DNA of 64,000 nt from the human T2T-CHM13v2.0 reference genome, Homo sapiens. A program made the position numbers and the translations under genes. This document shows positions 13,147 through 27,637 of this stretch, piece by piece. The notes beneath the pieces are model-generated. The model made no database searches. It saw only the letters and a list, made by a program, of their open reading frames with translations, and was not told where the DNA came from. Each line of letters opens with the position of its first letter. Position 1 is the stretch's first letter. The stretch lies in the NCBI RefSeq assembly GCF_009914755.1, contig NC_060930.1. The stretch is one strand, 5' to 3'.

Positions 13147-14328
13147 AAGAAGAGAATAAAAACCACTGGTGTGGCTGGTCCCCTCTTCAACTGACAACGC
13201 GGAGACTCACTGGGCAGTGAAACAGCTTGTTTTAATCTGTGCTCATATAAAAATAATGTTGGCCCGAGAGAAGGAGAAGGAAGAAGGTTTTACTCGTGGC
13301 ACTGGGGTAGGACAGAAACAGGGGGGACTTCCGTAGTGCTAGAAGCAGAGAAAAGGTTCTCGCCATCATGTGCCCTTATTTCCTACACCAAGGGGATCTG
13401 TTCTTGAGACGCACCTGGACAGCAATGGCTCCATCTCCATTTCCATCACCACCTTTGAAATCTGACCCATATGCTCAAGGTACAGTTAGACTGGCACTTC
13501 TTGTATGATTTCTGCCCTTGATTTCCATTATCATATGATATTTCCCTAAAAATGACATCTAAGAGAAGGAAAGTAGCCAGTGCAGTCTCATCCTCTTCGA
13601 ACAGCTGGCTTGCACCAACACCACAGAACCAGCTACTGATAAGGAGCTGCTGGCATGAGGCGTCCCCCAAGCCTTTGTCCAAAGCCCCCCACATTGCCAA
13701 GCCTGGCTATTGGTGGTTTCAGCTCCTTCCCTCTTTCCTCCTTCTGACTACAGAGTTGTCCTTGTTTCTTACACATCAAGAATGCTGCTGCTGGTGTCAT
13801 TAGCTCTCATTTTTCAGTTACACCTGCCATATTCCCTCAGTTCAGCCCTGCGCCTAGTCATGCAGGGAGTCACCTCAGTTCTGGTGGAGCCCTGGATTCT
13901 CCTGTGGAATAGATGCATGGCCAGAGTTTCTGGACCCGGGACAGGGATCTGGTCAGAAGTAACAGCAGGGGCACAGAACCTTCTTCCTCATCATCCATCA
14001 GGATTATTGCTACTGTATTTCTGGGTGCTGGCCTTCAGCAGGGCTTGACCACATTTGCTGGAATACACGTCTCCACAAGGACACAACCAGTATGTACCAA
14101 ATGAACAGAATCAGCACCACCTCTGATGTCCAGCAAGCGCTTCTTTACACATTATGGAGAGAGAACCCACTTTTCTTCATGTTGAGTGAAGGTATTCATT
14201 AGTTCTAGTTTAACCAATATGTACAGAAATAGTCCAAAGTGGTTCCACATGAAATTCATTTGGACTGGACTTCCTGAATCACCTCTTCTAAGGACACCTT
14301 GCTTTGGAGCCTTAAAAAGATGGGGATC

Positions 14329-14647
<319 letters not shown>

Positions 14648-16061
14648 TCACCATTATGCAGGTTACTGGGGGAAAAGTTGCTAAACTGGGCAGGTCAAAC
14701 ACGGAGGCTTCATTATCTCACTAGAAATCTCCCTCTAGGGAGCCACAGTCAGCACTCTCTGGAAAGGTCATGCAGCCAACCGATTCACTTGACCGTCCTA
14801 ACATCCCACTCAGCGCATGGCCCCGTGTCTGCCCATCTTTCCGTCTCACTATGTGAGTGGACCACTCTCTTCAGTTGAACGCTTCCTTCCCTCTCCTTCT
14901 GAAGGCTCATGGGACCTCATGTGCACACCACTGGCCCTCAATGCGCTCACCTTGACCTTTCTGTACCTGTCCAAACTTTTCTATGGATACAACCTCTCTG
15001 TGTGTAACACTTCACTCTATTTCATATGCTCCAAATGGCTAGTGAAGTTCCCTGAACTCAATAAACACTCAATAGGTATTTGCTAGGTCAATAAATTCTC
15101 CCATATTTTTAATGGGGTGAAAACTGAAGTGAGCATGGTGGTGTCAGGGCAACAAATATAAAATAGAATGCAGCCATGATCATTCAATATCTAGAACATC
15201 TTTCCTACCAACCAGACACCCTTTAAATTGTTGGGATATCATATTTGAAATCAGTAAAATTAAACATTAGAAAAATTACTTACATAAGAACTAAAATAAA
15301 AAAATGTTTATATAGGACTTGGTGTAACTGAATGTTAAGGAGAAAAAGTGAAATTCTAAGTTTACCAACAAGTAGAACTATTCTAAAGGAAGACAGTTAT
15401 TACATGAACACTCTTCACTCCAAACCTTGTCCAATAGGTTATTACACCCAACTGAATCAAACTGCCTGTTCCATGCTTTTAACGAGCCATAAACTTAACT
15501 CCTGTGGAGTAACCAAGGTTATGCTATATTGTAAACAGCTTCCAATTACATAACCATCCATCCAGTGAATGTACTTCTAAAAAATACTTCTAAAACATGC
15601 TTAGCAATCTCTAAGGAGACTCTATACTTAAAAGTTATAACTTAATTCTCAAATTTTTGCTGGGGTTTTAAATTAACGTATCTGCACAATAATTTGACCT
15701 ACTGAGGCAAAAACTGCTGATTAAATCTAATACCTTTTTCTGATTTTTTGGTTGTTGTTGCCAATTTATTTTTTCATTTTTCATTTTGAAAATAATAATG
15801 AAATTTCCCATACCAAGACAAAACTGTAGAGTGAAGCAAAATTTAAGAATTAGGTTTAAATAAATAACAAAGTACAAAGCCAAAAAGAGTAAATGTAGTT
15901 GCTTTTTCTTTCAGAAATGGATACGGGCCAGGAAATGGGCACAGTTAAGGTGGTGCCAGGAAAGTCACAGCTTTCCAAAAGTTGAATAAACTCCATAATA
16001 TAAATGTAGATGGAAGAAACCATCAATGCTGCAGATAATGTGTCCAGTTTCCTCACAATGA

Positions 16062-17370
<1,309 letters not shown>

Positions 17371-17385
17371 AAAGAGGCAGCACCT

Positions 17386-17620
17386 CTCTGGAGCCATGAC
17401 CTCTTTGTCAAACCCTGGCCTGGCCTTGTCACCTTTGGGAAATCAGCTGGCCCTCAATGCCTGTTCTCTCATCTGCAATTATATGTCTACTATTATTGTC
17501 TCAGTAGACAATAATAGTATCTAACTCAGTAGACTGTGGTAAGGATTTTAAAAATAATAATGGAGGTGAGGCACTTAGAACAATGTCTGCTATACATGGA
17601 ATGTTCAGCACATGTTGTTT
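17386..17620 (+). mobile_element. MIR SINE (the L1PA appears inserted at its 5' edge)
   Basis: 'ctctggagcc...ctcatctgcaa...aataatagtatctaactc...gtaaggatt...gcacttagaacaatgtctg'. Confidence 0.7.
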
Positions 17621-19875
17621 ATTTGTATTTGCTGCCAAAAAAATTCTGAACTCAAGCTCCTCCCACGGATTCTTCAAGCTGTAGGCATTTACCCCTCCTA
17701 CTTCCTCAGGTGGCTACTTTCCTGTTTAATAAATGTTGATTCTTAGACAGTATTTCCATCTTAAATCCACTGCATTTTTGTAAATAGAGGAAATATAAAT
17801 CTTAAATAATTCTTTTTAAAATTACTTCATTCCCAACCAAATCCTTTACAATTAAATATTTAATAATATTATGGAACACAAACCCTGATGGAAAGTCCCA
17901 AAATTGATTGAAATTTTTCTAGAATCATATTTGTTTCTGTGAATCACTTTTTTATTATGAGGTAAGAGATACAGGGGTGGACTGCAGAAAAGTTAGGAAG
18001 GAAAATAATAAACAATTACATGATCTAGTCCAGTTGATAAAATTTTCAAGTTGGCTAATATGCTTTAAAAAAAAGTATTTCCAAAATAAAAGCTTTTTTT
18101 ATTGTATGGTTGTGGAATGGTACTAAAGGGGATTCAATATGTATTTCAAAATTTAATATGAATGGCAGACTTGTTAAATTTGCATCCACTCTTCTTTGAA
18201 AGGTAGGTACGATTGTCAGCATTTCATAACAAAGAAAACACAAGCTAATGGGTTGAATGGTGTCCCCAAGACAGCACTCGGGGTCATCAGAGATTTACAG
18301 GTAAGCCTTCCTCATTAGAAAGCACAAGCTTTCCTTTTAACCACATGATAATAACCTTGAGTCAGACGGTGGACTTCACAAAATACTGTAGGGGACTGAT
18401 TCCATGGCTCTTGCAAAGTGGCACTTACACACAGATCGGCAATTATGGACCCAGGCCAGCAGTCACAAACACCACTGCAGGTGCTGGCTCACTACCCCCA
18501 CATCCCTCATGCAATCAGTGCTAACAGTTTCATGGAAATTCCCATTAATGTTTTAAAGCACTGGCATTCAGTAAGAATGTGCAGGTACAGCAATTACCAA
18601 TGAGGAAAATTAAGTCTCATTTTCAAAGATTAGCACATGTTCTACAAATTGAATGTTATCCCAAGAAATGGAATCCATGGAATGACCTGAGAATCAATAC
18701 AATTTCTTTTTTATTTTTACAGAAGTAGTACTTTTCTTGCTATTTAAAAAATAATTTAAAATTTTTTAAAAAAACATTCTAAGTGTTAGAAAAACCTGTT
18801 ACGTAAATGAACCCTCAGAGGAATGGCATTAATTAAGAGAGTAGAGCAACACGGTGTGAGCCTCCAAACTCCCACATTCTTTGTTCATCTTCAATAGCCA
18901 ATATAATTAGTTTTGTATAAATATTTTATTTACATATAATATTTCCTATCTTCACTGCTAACATAAAATAAACCTCTTACAAATTTCGATGCTTTAAGCA
19001 TCTTATTTCACCTGTAACAAATAAGACAAAACATTCAATGTTAAAAAATTTGGATCATTTCTAGTATTGATTTCCAAAAGCTTTTGGTGGTGATGGAGAT
19101 TCATAAAATCTCTACTACCTCTTAAAAGAGGAGAAGACATATTTTTCTCTAGTAACATACTGATAAGTTAGAAACACATGGTGATGTCATCATGCTGGGG
19201 GGAAAACATAGATTATTTTTTTCCTTTAATCAAGACTGATAAGACTATGAATTACATATTGTTCTAAAAGTCTGCACTGGAATAACTCCAGCTGAAACAC
19301 TCTTCACTGGTACTGTGGGACCATGAAAGTCTTTCTATATCATGAGTATCTCAGTCAAAAGGTTTCCAGGAATCCATCTAAGACCTCACTCAGGGGCCGC
19401 CTCTCTCCTACCCTAAACACTCCTTGCTGTAAGTTCCCTTCAAGTTGAATGTCTGTAGCAGGCTGAGCTATCCCATCTTCTGCAGTGACTTCACCTGTTT
19501 AAGTCAGCAATCCCCCGAGATTTGAAGCTTCTCAAGGGCAAGTTTCATGTCAGTGGTCTCACTTCTATTCCCCACCCCCACCTTCAACCAAAAAGAATGT
19601 TGTCCCAGGAAGACATTAAACCCTGTGAATGATCAAGTAATTAAGAAATTGGTGAGATTAAGAAAGCTCGCTTAAACTCAACATTTTAAAAACACAGGAA
19701 GGTTGCTCGGCCTGTGCTACAGATTACAGTAATGTTTCTGTTTACTTTTGATATTGTCTCTGCCTAAAGAAGAAAAACATCGGGCTTTGAGAATGCTGCA
19801 GAGTCACAGGCCGGCATGTATTCCTCATTGCCTCTATAAAAGGTAAACTTAGAGAAATCTAAACATGCTTATATA

Positions 19876-20274
19876 CAGTCAGGCATTGTTTAACAACAGG
19901 GATATATTCTGAGAAATGTGTCCTTAGACGATTGTGGAATTGTGCAAACATCAGAGTGTACTTACACACACCTAGATGGCATCACCTAGTACACAGCTGG
20001 GCCCTATGGTACAGCCTATTGCTCCTAGGCTATGAACCTGTAGAGCATGTTACTGTACTGAATACTGCAGGCAGTAACTGTAACAGTAACTGTAACACAA
20101 TGGTAAGTATTTGTATACCTAAACATATCTAAACATAGAAAAGGTAATGTGACATTATGAGGGCTATGATATGACTGGGTGATAGAAACTTTTTAGCTCA
20201 ATTAAAATCTTATGGGGCCATTGTTATATATGTGGTCCATCCTTGACTGTATGTCTTTATGTGGTGCATGACTA
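19876..20274 (+). mobile_element. Tigger3 (Golem)-family non-autonomous DNA transposon
   Basis: Ends cagtcaggcattgtttaacaac...gtggtgcatgacta with TA flanks. Internal 'cctattgctcctaggcta' and 'catgttactgtactgaatactg'. Confidence 0.85.
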
Positions 20275-20683
20275 TATTAGCAGTCAATAGGAAAAAAAAT
20301 GAAGATATAAATTGATAATTTATCAGTCAGTATCTAGCTTTCTAAATGTACTTTAATCTTGTCTGCAAAAAGGATTGGGTTGTTTGGGAAAAGGGAGAAT
20401 GATGGTTAGAAAGTGGGGTGGTGGTCCTAAAGAAACAGAAGAATATTAAAAACCTATCAAGATGCCATCTATCAATAATGTTAACAATAAATATTGGGGG
20501 AAATCTCATGGACTCAACACTAGTAGTTTGTGAGAAAATAATGAAACAATCAAGACAAGCCTCCCTTTAACAGTTTTCAAATCCTAGAATAACACTGAGA
20601 TGTATTCCGAAACACCGTGAAGGGTATTTCACAATGCATACACAACTGGGAAGGAGCCTAGCATGCTCACAATAGTAAAACGA

Positions 20684-20988
20684 TGCTGGGCACAGTGGCT
20701 CATGCCTGTCATCCCAGCAGTTTGGGAGGCTGAGACAAGTTGAGCTTGAGCTCAGGAGTTCGAGATCAGCCTGGGCAGCACAGTGAGACTTCATCTCTAC
20801 AAAAAATAAACAAAAAAATAGCTGAATATGGTGGCACATGCCTGTACCTCCAGCTAGGAATAGCTAGGAGGCTGAGGTGGGAGAATTGCTTGAGCCTGGG
20901 AGGTCAAGGCTGCAGTGAGCTAACATGGTGTCACTGCACTTCAGCCTGGGCTACAGAATGACACCCTGCCTTAAAAAAATAAAAAAAA
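20684..20988 (+). mobile_element. AluJ
   Basis: Dimer with J-type motifs ('gcttgagcctgggaggtcaaggctgcagtgagc'). Confidence 0.9.
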
Positions 20989-21039
20989 TGTATATTTTGT
21001 AGAATTATTACTATAGTAAAAATATTTCCAAAAAAAAAC

Positions 21040-21042
<3 letters not shown>

Positions 21043-21087
<45 letters not shown>
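21043..21087 (+). repeat. (AC)22 microsatellite
   Basis: Uninterrupted AC run. Confidence 0.97.
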
Positions 21088-21090
<3 letters not shown>

Positions 21091-21599
21091 GAATAGTAAG
21101 AAGTAATAGAGTCTTATATTGAAAGTTCTTTGATGTCCTATTCTGGAATTATTCTAGCTTCACTTTCCCATGATCCTGTGTTCTATCCAGATGCATCCAC
21201 TCATACCCTTAGGAGGCCAGAAGGCAGCCATGCACCCTAGATCAAAAGGTGTTGGCTCAATGCTGTTAGGGAGTGACCCCAGACACATCCCCTATCTCTC
21301 TGGAGCTTGGTTCAGGTCTCAGACGTACAGCATACACACACGAACACCAAGGTGCCAGGAGACACTGCAGGAAGACCTTCAAAGGGGAACAGATCAAACA
21401 AATAGGCACCTGAAGGAAGGGAAGGGAAGTTTAGAGGTGGGGCCAATTCAACACCCAGAGTTCTATGACTTCCAATTGCACGCACTTTGTTTCAGCTGTA
21501 CCATCTTTTCTATCTCCAGTATCCTAGGTTTTGAGCAGCAGAATCGTGGTTTCCCTAGAGAGTCAAGACAGAAACCACAGCACAGACTGCCTCCTCTCC

Positions 21600-21790
21600 T
21601 TTCTTCAGGGTTGGATGGTTCTCTCTGTGTAGTTGGGGATGGCAGCCACTGGTTACCTGTGGCTCTGAGCACATGAAAGGTGGTTCCTGAAACTAAGGAA
21701 TTCATTTTTAAATCTTATTTACATTTGTTTAATTTAAATTTAAACAGCCAGTTCTGTCCAGTGGTTATCCAAATTTGGGCAACACAGGTC
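21600..21790 (+). mobile_element. MER3-like hAT DNA transposon fragment
   Basis: 'ggcagccactggttacctgtggctctgagcacatgaaa...taatttaaatttaaacagcca...cagtggtta'. Confidence 0.65.
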
Positions 21791-22133
21791 TAAGGGAATG
21801 AATTCCTTCTTAACACAGATTGAAGGTTCCAGGGAAGTTACCTGTATATTTGCAGACTTTTATCCAGTACATATGCAAATAATTTCTGTCCAGTGAAACA
21901 GATAACACCCAAAATGTGTGGCCTGGCGGAAATTTCTTAGTTGATAAATAGATAGATAGAAAGATAGATCCCTAATTTCTCAAGGCTCTCTGAATTGGTC
22001 ATGGTATCTTATGATGTCCCTCATTCATTAAAAGATTAAATAAAAATTTTTACATGTGTTCACTTTATATTTGCTTTATAATTTTACCTTTTGTAAATTA
22101 TACTTTAGGATCTTATTTTTGAGGAGAGAGAAG

Positions 22134-22237
22134 ATTGTTAAGGCTCCAGCTTGGAGTTGTCTCTCAATAAGTAAGCAATAAATATTCACCTTTCTTCCTC
22201 ATCCTTTATCCCTGCTAACAGCATCTAGGAATCCTTA
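22134..22237 (+). repeat. Copy 1 of a ~100-bp dispersed direct duplication (partner at 25030-25129)
   Basis: attgttaaggctccagcttgg...gcatctaggaatcctta. Differs from copy 2 by 3 substitutions and one 4-bp indel. Confidence 0.95.
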
Positions 22238-22239
22238 TT

Positions 22240-22500
22240 TCATCCTACTTCCCCATCTGCAACCTTATTGGGCCCAGAAATACCACTTCCTCTAGGAAGT
22301 CTTACTTAATTCCTCCATTTAATGTAAATCCCCTCCCCCTAAATGCCCACTACATTTGAGTTGCATCATTCTTAGGGGTCGTAAGCTACATTCTATCTCA
22401 CAATATCCCATAGATAATTTTATCTCTCCTACCAGGCTTTAGATTCTTTTGAAGGTGAAGGCTACATTTTATTGCATTCTCCCTGGTGTTGATGAATAAA
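22240..22500 (+). mobile_element. L2 LINE 3' fragment
   Basis: 'aaataccacttcctctaggaagtctt...tctctcctaccagg...ttttgaaggtgaaggct'. Confidence 0.6.
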
Positions 22501-22993
22501 AACGGTAAATATTATGTGGAGGAACCAAATAACTAGACTTGAAACTAATGGTGTGGTATAAAAAAGTCTTTCAGCTTGCAAAAGATAAAATCACAATCAA
22601 CTGGCCTTAAAATAACTTAATCTCTGTGACAATATAATGAGGAATGTTCTTCCAGGCCCATTAAAATGACATGCAATTTGATAATTATTTTTACAGTGTC
22701 AGGATTCTAAACTAAATGTTTCTCAGCTTCTGTTATCTGGTGATACTAAATGAATGTTGTCAAAAGATTAAATGTAAATTGGTTATAAATCTTCATTTAA
22801 CCACATCATGCAGGGAAGGTTACATTACAGCCACCATGTTCGTGTCATCATTAAGAAATGGAGTCTTATTTTAATAGTATTAAGACTATTGAAATTATTG
22901 TTTATTCTATCTAATTGGCTTTGGAGTTGAGGATGAAGCTTTTGATGGGCATCACTGAATACAGGAGCAAAACTGAAATAAAAATGAGGGGCA

Positions 22994-23282
22994 GGCCGGG
23001 CGGTGCCTCACACCTGTGATACCAGCACTTTGGGAGGGCAAGGTGGGTGGATCATGAGGTCAGGAGTTCAAGACTAGCTTGGCCAACATGGTGAAACCCC
23101 ATCTCTACTAAAAATACAAAAATTAGCTGGCATGGTGGTGCATGCCTGTAATCCCAGCTACTTGGGAGACTGAGGCAGGAGAATTGCTTGAACCGGGACC
23201 CGGGAGGCAGAGGTAGCAGTGAGCAAGATCGCACCACTGCACTCCAGCCTGCGCTACACAGTGAGACTCTGTCACAAGAAAA
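22994..23282 (+). mobile_element. AluSg-like element with almost no A-tail
   Basis: Full dimer with 'ggatcatgaggtcaggagttcaagac'. Degenerate TSD aaaatgaggggca/aaactgaagggca. Confidence 0.92.
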
Positions 23283-23476
23283 CTGAAGGGCAATGAACTT
23301 AAACCCTTCTGGACCCCAAATGGACAAATGGACAGGATGGGGAATAGCTGCAGCCACTATCTGCAGGAAACACTATCATTGTCTGAAAGGCCATCTTCAC
23401 TTTCTAACTAGATTTTCCAAACTAATTAAACAATCTAATTTCAGTGAAAAGTCCTTCTTTTAAAAACCCAGTTTGC

Positions 23477-23787
<311 letters not shown>

Positions 23788-24595
23788 AAAAACCCAGTTT
23801 GCCTGGCTTTTTCAGGAAATGACCTATGGTTTGATCACCTGTCCAAACCATCTGGCGGCAGGAATGTGATCTAGTTAGACTCTCACAGACGGTGTCTGGG
23901 AAGCTCCATCATTGGGCTTTAATGTTAAAGCCACACGGCCACACAGCCAGGACACTTTGATGAACAGCCACTCACGGACACAGTGAGCCCATCATGAGAT
24001 GATGAGACCAAGTTGCATTACAATGATTTTGACAGCCAGCAAAATTATATTTAAAAATGAAATCTTTCTTTTGGTTCTGTATTTGAAGTAAGGAAAATCA
24101 CTTTGGGGGTAAAATCAGGGTTTTGGAAGAAACTGATACTTCTTATTAGGTTTAATTTAACTGGCAGTAATAATTAGGACATGATAATTATACCAGGTGA
24201 AGCCTGCAATAGACTTAGTTCTACTTTAATACTTAATTGATATTGCAAACACCAAGATTTTCGGTGTACAGACAAATATAGTATCCTTGTATAAATGTAT
24301 ATGCTCAACTAATGCAGCTATTCTACAATCGAAGAATCTCTCCTTAATCAAGGAAAATGATTCATATCAGAAAAACTGTAAAAAGCACCTCTTGACACAT
24401 TCTCCATGTGCTACATGAACCAAGGCCCAATCATTTGTTCCCCTCAGTCTCTCTCCTGATATGCATGGTTTCCACATCCCTTTCTACAGCCTCTGTGTGG
24501 GGGTAGGAAGAAGGAAGCAGAAAAACAAACACACGCATCCACATGTTCCTTCTCCTTACTGCTCTGGCTTCTCAGACTTGGTCCCACTACTTACA

Positions 24596-24918
24596 TTTTT
24601 TTGTTTGTTTATTTGTCTGTTTGTTTGAGACACAGTCTCCCTCTGTTGCCCAGCCTGGAGTGCAATGGTGCTACCTCAGCTCACTGCAACCCCCACCTCC
24701 CGGATTCAAGCTATTCTCCTGACTCTGCCTCCCTCCCAAGTAGCTGGGATTACAGGCGTGTGCCACCACACCCAGCTAATTTTTTGTGTGTGTATTTTTA
24801 GTAGAGATGGGGTTTCACCATGTTGGTCAGGCTGGTTTCGAACTCCTGACCTCAAGTGATCTGCCCACCTCGCCCTCCCAAAGTTCTAGGATTACAGGCA
24901 TGAGCCACCATGCCCAGT
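24596..24918 (-). mobile_element. AluS (Sx/Sz-like)
   Basis: Full antisense dimer with a (TTTG)n tail and 'gaactcctgacctcaagtgatc'. Confidence 0.93.
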
Positions 24919-25029
24919 TTTAAATTTTTAAAAGAGTATTAATAAATACATCAATCAGAGGAATATGTAAGATTCTACTGAGAAGCACAATTCCTATTAG
25001 CGCAAGGGAGACAAAAACACTATCATGGT

Positions 25030-25129
25030 ATTGTTAAGGCTCCAGCTTGGGGTTGTCTCTCAATAAGTAAGCAATATTCACCTTTCTTCCCTATCCTTTA
25101 TCCCTGCTAACAGCATCTAGGAATCCTTA
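25030..25129 (+). repeat. Copy 2 of the ~100-bp dispersed direct duplication (partner at 22134-22237)
   Basis: Aligned by eye to 22134-22237. Confidence 0.95.
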
Positions 25130-26112
25130 ATCTATCCGACTTCTAAGTAGGAGGTGAGCAGGGGTGTGGGAAAACATTCTGGCAGGATCTCTATGCAAAA
25201 GAAACAGGTGGTTTAGGGTGCGATTGAGAGGTAGACATGTCCCACACAGCTCCAGCACAGAACTGCACGCCGGGGTGACAGGTCTGCCTTTCAGAGGACT
25301 AAGCTGCTGTGGCAACAGCCAGCCACAGCCCTCCAGAGGAAGGACCACAGTTCATAAACTTTAGAGTCTCTGGGAGCACTTGCTGGGGAGCAGCGTGATG
25401 GAGGTGCTTTCCAGAAGGCGGTGCTGACCAGGCCGCTCCCTGCGGAAGCCCCTCTGGGGAAGGACACTGGGCAGCAGGAATGATGGTGGTGGCTCAGCAG
25501 GGGTGGAGAACTCCTGTGTGCAGCCTGTGTTCCTGCTGAGAGAGGCCCCAAGCCCTGGAGTCATGACATCAGGAGGCTGTCGTGACTCGTTCACTAGGTG
25601 TGGGAAGCCCAGCACTGTGTAGTACATGCTGCAGAGGGCAGAACCCTGAGGTGTGTGGCAGCCTAGAGTCCTGCTGAGCATGGCAGCCGGGGCTGGAAAC
25701 AGTGAGGCCTGTTCTGGAGTGCCTCTGTGCAAATCCACCTATCTGGGGTTGGGGATTGGACATGAGTTATTTATTCGTTTATTAGTTATTAATTTTTAAG
25801 TTTACCAGGGAAATTGCATGCATAGCAAAATATGGAAACCATTCATTAAAAGATTCATGAGACTAAGGTATCAGTTCAGTGGACACAAAATAAGCATTCC
25901 AGGAGTAGAAAGCACCCTACTTTGTGGGGTGACATTGAGACAGTGCTGGGAACCTAACAGTGAAGCTCCCTATGTGAGGACCTGGTGCCACAAATGGGGT
26001 GGTAGATAATGCACATGGGCCTCCACTCGTGTTCCTCCGTGGCAGCGAATTAAAGAACATCCATCTTCTTACTTCTTTTCTGTTTCTCAGTTGCCAACCA
26101 TATGCCTGTTTA

Positions 26113-26444
<332 letters not shown>

Positions 26445-27090
26445 GAAATCAGCCAAAGACTTCACTTGCTCTGACAGAAACTTTCACAAAATCTACTAGA
26501 ACGCAGTGGATTCAGAGATCTGTCAAACACTTCTTTATCTAATACTGCATAGGTGACTCCCTGTCTAGAAAAATTAATAAAAACTGACAAGCCACCTGCA
26601 CTGTAGCTCTTCCGCTTCCTCTACTGTTCATTATTGGCTTTATTTCATTTCTATATTAAACTGCATATTACAAACTCAGGCCAGCTGGATCTTTGCATAG
26701 ATACTATATCTTGTTTCTGCCAGAGATGATTTTTATTCAGAATGAACAGTAAAAGGCAACACTACGTAGAAAATGCACTTGAGTTTTAAAATAAAGATGA
26801 AAAAACTTGTGCATCATCCAATGGTCCTCCGCAGCATGGAGGAAAAAAAAAAAAAACATACTTCAGGGAGATAATATCTTTCCTTCTCCATTTCACAAAT
26901 GGGTATCTTCAATTAAAACACTTGTTTAGATTCATTAGTGTTTCCTTGATTTGATTCTTCGGTCCATGAGTAAATACATTTTAGAGATTAAATGATTAGT
27001 TTCTTTACATATGAAATAGGGCTAATAGTATTTGCCTTTAATGATGTTGGAGAATAGTAAATAAAATAAAATACCCTTGCCAGGCATGTA

Positions 27091-27228
27091 CAGTTGCTCC
27101 CTTGTATACATAAAGGATTGGCTCCAAGACCTCCTATGGACAGCAAAATCCAACAGTGCTCAACACCTTTATATAACATGGTGTGGTATTTGCCTATAAT
27201 CTGTGTATATCCTCTCATATATTAAAAT
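27091..27228 (+). mobile_element. MER2 (Tigger2-type) 5' fragment
   Basis: 'cagttgctcccttgtat...ggattggctccaagacc...tggtatttgcctataatct'. Homologous to the left part of the copy at 41677. Confidence 0.75.
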
Positions 27229-27235
27229 TGTTTCA

Positions 27236-27637
27236 TCAGCAATGGGGAAAAGACTCCCTATTCAATAAATGGTGCTGGGATAACAGGCTATAGATATACA
27301 GAAGAATGAAATTCAAGATGGATTAAAGACAATCCATCTTGGAGTTCATTTTTCTGTATGGTGATTCCTATACAGAAAAATACCTATCACCATACAGAAA
27401 AATCAACTCAAGATGGATTAAAGACTTAATGTAAGACTTCAAACTATAAAAATCCTAGAAGAAAACCTAGAAAATATCCTTCCCATTCTAGGCCTTGGTA
27501 AAGAATGTATGCTTAAGTCTTCAAAAGGAATTGCAACAAAAGCAAAAATTGACAAGAGGGACCTAATTAAACCTGCATAATTAAAGAGCTTCGGCATAGC
27601 AAAAGAAACAAACAAGGGAGTAAACAGGCAACTACAG
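27236..27637 (+). mobile_element. Internal L1 ORF2 fragment (L1PB/old L1PA-like), no 3'UTR or tail
   Basis: 'gactccctattcaataaatggtgctgggataac...ctcaagatggattaaagac...ctagaagaaaacctag'. Homologous to 16112-16400. Confidence 0.88.

Noticed and set aside
13446-14104. ORF cluster that might be a processed pseudogene
   Set aside because: No recognisable protein similarity, poly(A) or TSD. A BLASTX search would settle it.
21170-21705. 168-aa ORF on the plus strand
   Set aside because: No domain features, runs into a MER3-like repeat, and is antisense to PRKN with no promoter evidence.
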